From the IMG/VR virus record IMGVR_UViG_3300022837_000002: a stretch of 43,333 nucleotides of DNA; one strand, 5' to 3'. Source of the DNA: a virus. Positions within the stretch are counted from its first letter, which is position 1. Each line of letters opens with the position of its first letter. A program made the position numbers and the translations under genes. Shown one piece after another: positions 42,111 to 43,333 of the stretch. The notes under the pieces are model-generated. The model was not told the DNA's origin and searched no databases. It saw only the letters and a list, made by a program, of their open reading frames with translations.

Positions 42111-42455
42111 ATGATAGTAAAACGTCAAACTGGAATACCTGCAATAACACATAACGATTTTAAAAAGTATTGCAAATTAAAAGGTAAAACAATGAATAAG
42201 GTTTTTAATGATCTGTTAATATACAACATTGGTAATTACGGGCTAAACTACCATCAAATACTAAGTCCAAACCTAAAAGATTCATTATCTAAATTAAGTA
42301 GGCGAGTACCAAATCACATAGATAAAAAGAATTTTTGCGTTTCAACGAATAAGGTAACTGGCAAATTAATTGACGATTGCCTTAAAGACCGTAAAATTCC
42401 CTTCTCGTATTTGATTAGGGCAATCATCTATACAGAAATAAAAATTTACATTTGA
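42111..42455 (+). CDS. hypothetical protein, possibly with a ribbon-helix-helix N-terminus
   Basis: IPAITHNDFKKYCKLKGKTMNKVFNDLL follows a strand-helix-helix-like pattern. This call is weak. Confidence 0.35.
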   Translation: MIVKRQTGIPAITHNDFKKYCKLKGKTMNKVFNDLLIYNIGNYGLNYHQILSPNLKDSLSKLSRRVPNHIDKKNFCVSTNKVTGKLIDDCLKDRKIPFSYLIRAIIYTEIKIYI

Positions 42456-42467
42456 AGGTTAGTTCAC

Positions 42468-42836
42468 ATGAAGAATAAAAAACTTATTAAAAGATTATTA
42501 GCTCAAATTAAATTAATTCAAAGAAAGCTTAATATTCTTGATGGAGACGCTAGTTATAAATTAGATAAGATTTCTAATCTTGCTGGGAATATTGATAATA
42601 GATTAGATGAGCTTAGAAAAGAGAAAAAGCAATCTGAGACAGCAGAAGTTGAGTTTGAATTAAGTGCCAACGGCAAAGTATCGCTTCTGTTAGAAAATGC
42701 AAATTTTGAGAATATATCTACTTGTAATCACTTTTTAGAAGTTCGCAACATTGATAATATTATTGGCTCTTGCAAAGCTGGTATCAACCCTAGTAAGATT
42801 AAGCGAATCTTTATAGAAATGCAGGAGCCGAAATGA
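42468..42836 (+). CDS. hypothetical protein (122 aa)
   Basis: ORF with an N-terminal coiled coil. Stop and start overlap the next gene. Confidence 0.5.
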   Translation: MKNKKLIKRLLAQIKLIQRKLNILDGDASYKLDKISNLAGNIDNRLDELRKEKKQSETAEVEFELSANGKVSLLLENANFENISTCNHFLEVRNIDNIIGSCKAGINPSKIKRIFIEMQEPK

Positions 42837-43021
42837 CTAAACAAGAACAAGTAAAAGTTATTGATATGCTAGAAGAAGCACATAACAGATTAATAAGACT
42901 AAAGATTCGTGTTGCAGAAGGTACAATTAGCGCCGAATTTATCTGCGCCGGAATCTCCGATATTCAAGGAGATTTAAAATCACACGGGCAAACGGTAGCA
43001 CGAAATGAGGTTGAACTATGA
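42833..43021 (+). CDS. hypothetical protein (62 aa)
   Basis: ATGA-type overlaps on both sides. Confidence 0.45.
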   Translation: MTKQEQVKVIDMLEEAHNRLIRLKIRVAEGTISAEFICAGISDIQGDLKSHGQTVARNEVEL

Positions 43022-43305
43022 CTAATCAAATGAGAGGCGAAATATACGAAGTGCTTAAACATATAGCATACGACATAAACAACCATCCTGACACGTTAAG
43101 AGTTAAAGTGGATGAAAGCTTCGATCATGGACTTGGTACTGAATACCAACACAGCTATGAGTTGCATCCATGCGGGCAGGAAATGGAACTTGCTCAATAC
43201 GTTGAGCTAGAACTTAAAAAGGTACTGCCTTTAGTCGAATATGATGCTGAATATACATCAGAAGTCTACTGGAGTCTTTCGGCTGAATATCGGGTCGGGC
43301 TATGA
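43018..43305 (+). CDS. hypothetical protein (95 aa)
   Basis: ORF whose 3' end lies inside the terminal repeat. Confidence 0.5.
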   Translation: MTNQMRGEIYEVLKHIAYDINNHPDTLRVKVDESFDHGLGTEYQHSYELHPCGQEMELAQYVELELKKVLPLVEYDAEYTSEVYWSLSAEYRVGL

Positions 43306-43333
43306 TCATGACCACGACATGTGGGATGCGCAA
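43207..43333. repeat. Terminal direct repeat, copy 2 (identical to 1-127)
   Basis: Direct comparison of both ends. Confidence 0.9.

Noticed and set aside
1-43333. tRNA genes and CRISPR arrays anywhere in the window
   Set aside because: Visual scanning of intergenic regions found no cloverleaf-compatible GTTCGAATC-type T-arm segments and no repeat-spacer arrays. A tRNAscan-SE run would be needed for certainty.

Overview
The window is one complete tailed-phage genome. Bases 1-127 are identical to 43207-43333, which I read as an assembly overlap closing a circle of about 43,206 bp. The phage looks temperate and podovirus-like: I see no tape measure, tube or sheath genes. Modules: (i) A long minus-strand late operon (40301 down to 16059). 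It runs portal, scaffold, major capsid, then a lysis cassette (GH24 endolysin plus two membrane proteins), three large tail or fibre proteins, a 7-repeat beta-propeller-like receptor-binding candidate, small virion proteins, and a 2289-aa ParB-domain giant protein. (ii) A plus-strand block of small early genes (40383-43305, wrapping to 253-1095) with an SSB-like protein and a RuvC-like resolvase, ending in a compositionally aberrant large terminase (1242-2747). (iii) An 850-bp ORF-free region, then a near-consensus sigma70 promoter driving an accessory arm with ArdC-like and RadC/JAB-like genes and small unknowns (3599-6452). (iv) A lysogeny module: lipoprotein moron, attP-like repeat field, tyrosine integrase and an HTH regulator (6625-8801). 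(v) A plus-strand recombination and replication module (8991-15975) with a PD-(D/E)XK nuclease, an initiator carrying an internal iteron origin, a DnaB-like helicase and an HNH-like protein. I recognise no DNA polymerase, primase, small terminase, tRNA or CRISPR array. The most notable items are the split polyvalent-protein toolkit (ParB in the virion giant; ArdC-N/MPTase and RadC-JAB in the early operon), a recurring 19-nt operator-like motif at five or six regulatory positions, the iteron origin, SSB-type acidic tips on both the SSB-like protein and the helicase, and the G-depleted terL island. All functional calls come from motif reading and gene context, not from database searches.
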